A stretch of 62,514 nt of DNA, the filler included. It is 4 parts of 4 records of this genome, joined end to end, with 100 filler letters (N's around TTAATTAATTAA, not from the genome) between each part and the next. Parts side by side here need not be neighbours in the genome. Positions count along the whole stretch, not along the records: positions 49,116 to 62,514 come from SRR20825019_1208; 3 more parts are not named here. One strand, 5' to 3'. Shown here in pieces: positions 60,979 to 62,514 of the stretch; within the stretch, counting starts at the first letter, position 1; each line of letters starts with the position of its first letter. The notes beneath the pieces were generated by a model, which was not told the origin of the DNA, searched no databases, and saw nothing but the letters and a program-made list of their open reading frames with translations. The position numbers were made by a program, and so were the translations under genes.

Positions 60979-62514
60979 TCAAATTCGCATCGATTTTTCG
61001 CGTCTCCTCTGAACCGACGAGGGAATTTTCATCGCTTCGCGGTATTTGGCAATAGTTCGCCGTGCGATATCGACGCCGTCGCCCTTTAGTATCTCCACGA
61101 TGCGATCATCTGATAGCACTTTTGTCGGTGGTTCCTCGTCGATCAATTTCTTGATTTTGAACCGGACCGCTTCCGCGGAAAGAGCGTCGCCACCTGCCGA
61201 TGATGCGATGGCACTAGTGAAGAAGTATTTAAGTTCATAAATACCACGCGGTGTCGCCATGAACTTATTCGACGTGACCCGGCTGACCGTACTCTCGTGC
61301 ATTTCGATCGCCGTCGCGATATCCCGCAGCACAAGCGGGCGCAGATACTGGATGCCATTCTGGAAGAAAGCATCCTGCTGGCGGACGATCTCTCCGGCAA
61401 CTTTCAGGATCGTCGTCGCCCGCTGATGCAGCGAGCGCACCAGCCAGTTCGCCGACTGATGGCATTCGCTCAGATATTCCCGGTCGGATTTCTGTTTCGG
61501 CGCCTTGCTGATCTGCGAGAGATACGCATTGTTCACCAGCACGCGCGGCAGGGTGTCCGGATTAAGCTCGACGATCCAGGTACCGTCCGGCGCCGGGCGG
61601 ACCAGCACATCCGGCGTGACGGCCTCGCTGCTATCCCGCTCGAAGGCCAGACCCGGCTTCGGATTGAGGGAGCGGATCTCCTCGACCATCTCCGTCATGT
61701 CCTCGACATCCACGCCGCAGACCTTGAGCAGCCCCTGCATGTCGCGCTTGGCCAGCATGGGCAGATTGTCGAGCAAGGCCTGGATCGCCGGGTCGAGCCG
61801 GTTCCGGTCCTTCAGCTGCAGGGCGAGGCATTCCGAAAGATTGCGGGCAAAGATCCCCGGCGGGTCCAGGCTCTGAAGCTTCCCGAGGACGGCCTCGACC
61901 GTCTCGACCGGACAGACAAGGCGCTCGGCCACGTCGTCTAGCTCACCCGTGTAATATCCGGCATCGTCCAGAGAATCGAGCAGATCGGCGGCGATGATGC
62001 GCTCATCCGGCCGCACGATATCGAGGGTTATCTGTTCGAGAAGATGCTCGCGCAGGGTCTTGTCCTGGCCGACGGACTCCTCCAGCCCCGGCAGATCCTC
62101 GCCGCCGCGCCCGCCGCCACTCCCCGCACTCTCCCAGCTGCCGAGCGTCGGGGACAGGGACGGGTCGGCTTCCTCGACACTGGCGCTGCTCCAGTTGTTG
62201 TCGTAATCCGAGTCGCCCGGGTCGTCATTTCCCGCAGGCAGGGACTGCGCACTGGCCTGATCCATCGTATCGGGGCCGTCCGGCGCCTCGTCCCAGCCGC
62301 TTTCGGCCGCATCGCCCGACGAGCCCTCGCTCTCGACCACCTTGTCATAGGCCGCAAGATTGTCCGCTTCGAGCGCCTCAAGCGTCGCCGGCCCGTCGTC
62401 TTCTCCCCGCTCAAGCAAGGGGTTCTGCTCGATTTCCGCTTCGACGAATTCGTTCAGCTCAAGATTATTGAACTGCAGCAGCTTGATCGCCTGCTGCAGC
62501 TGCGGCGTCATGAC
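60979..62514 (-). CDS. rpoN: RNA polymerase sigma-54, 5'-truncated by window end
   Basis: MTPQLQQAIKLLQ, MHESTVSRVT, RpoN box ARRTIAKYRE. Confidence 0.97.
   Translation of the reverse strand, partial: VMTPQLQQAIKLLQFNNLELNEFVEAEIEQNPLLERGEDDGPATLEALEADNLAAYDKVVESEGSSGDAAESGWDEAPDGPDTMDQASAQSLPAGNDDPGDSDYDNNWSSASVEEADPSLSPTLGSWESAGSGGGRGGEDLPGLEESVGQDKTLREHLLEQITLDIVRPDERIIAADLLDSLDDAGYYTGELDDVAERLVCPVETVEAVLGKLQSLDPPGIFARNLSECLALQLKDRNRLDPAIQALLDNLPMLAKRDMQGLLKVCGVDVEDMTEMVEEIRSLNPKPGLAFERDSSEAVTPDVLVRPAPDGTWIVELNPDTLPRVLVNNAYLSQISKAPKQKSDREYLSECHQSANWLVRSLHQRATTILKVAGEIVRQQDAFFQNGIQYLRPLVLRDIATAIEMHESTVSRVTSNKFMATPRGIYELKYFFTSAIASSAGGDALSAEAVRFKIKKLIDEEPPTKVLSDDRIVEILKGDGVDIARRTIAKYREAMKIPSSVQRRREKSMRI

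Overview
The window is four unrelated contigs joined by artificial N44-TTAATTAATTAA-N44 linkers. (1) 1-26558 is a gene-dense eukaryote, probably a protist. It has about 10 genes, very uniform small introns (46-66 nt, one GC-AG) and GC/CpG-rich islands at gene 5' ends. The genes are a TPR protein, sestrin, an F-box/LRR protein, O-GlcNAc transferase, a Ctr copper transporter fused to two YHS/TRASH-like domains, a TFIIB/cyclin-like ORF, a secreted transglutaminase-like protein, a second TPR protein, a membrane protein and a giant coiled-coil protein. (2) 26659-39132 is a Hyphomicrobiales-like chromosome piece: sugar ABC ATPase, GH63-like hydrolase, tctCBA, tctD plus a TctE kinase fused to a solute-binding protein, PilZ, and nrdHIE behind a long structured leader resembling a divergent cobalamin riboswitch. 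(3) 39233-49015 is an alphaproteobacterial plasmid/island piece carrying the best candidate system. This is a translationally coupled operon of an MBL-fold hydrolase with a C-terminal Gly tail, an E2-E1-JAB fusion and a patatin phospholipase, with no CD-NTase or ubiquitin-like gene, followed by a convergent second MBL hydrolase; WGR, DUF6429 and VirC1/VirC2-like genes lie nearby. (4) 49116-62514 is a Rhodospirillales-like housekeeping region (gltD, uppP, FAH, MBL, FkbM, NUDIX, mmcB, pentapeptide, cheZ, hsp20, ptsN, hpf, rpoN). All calls come from motif reading and manual splicing; no database searches were run.
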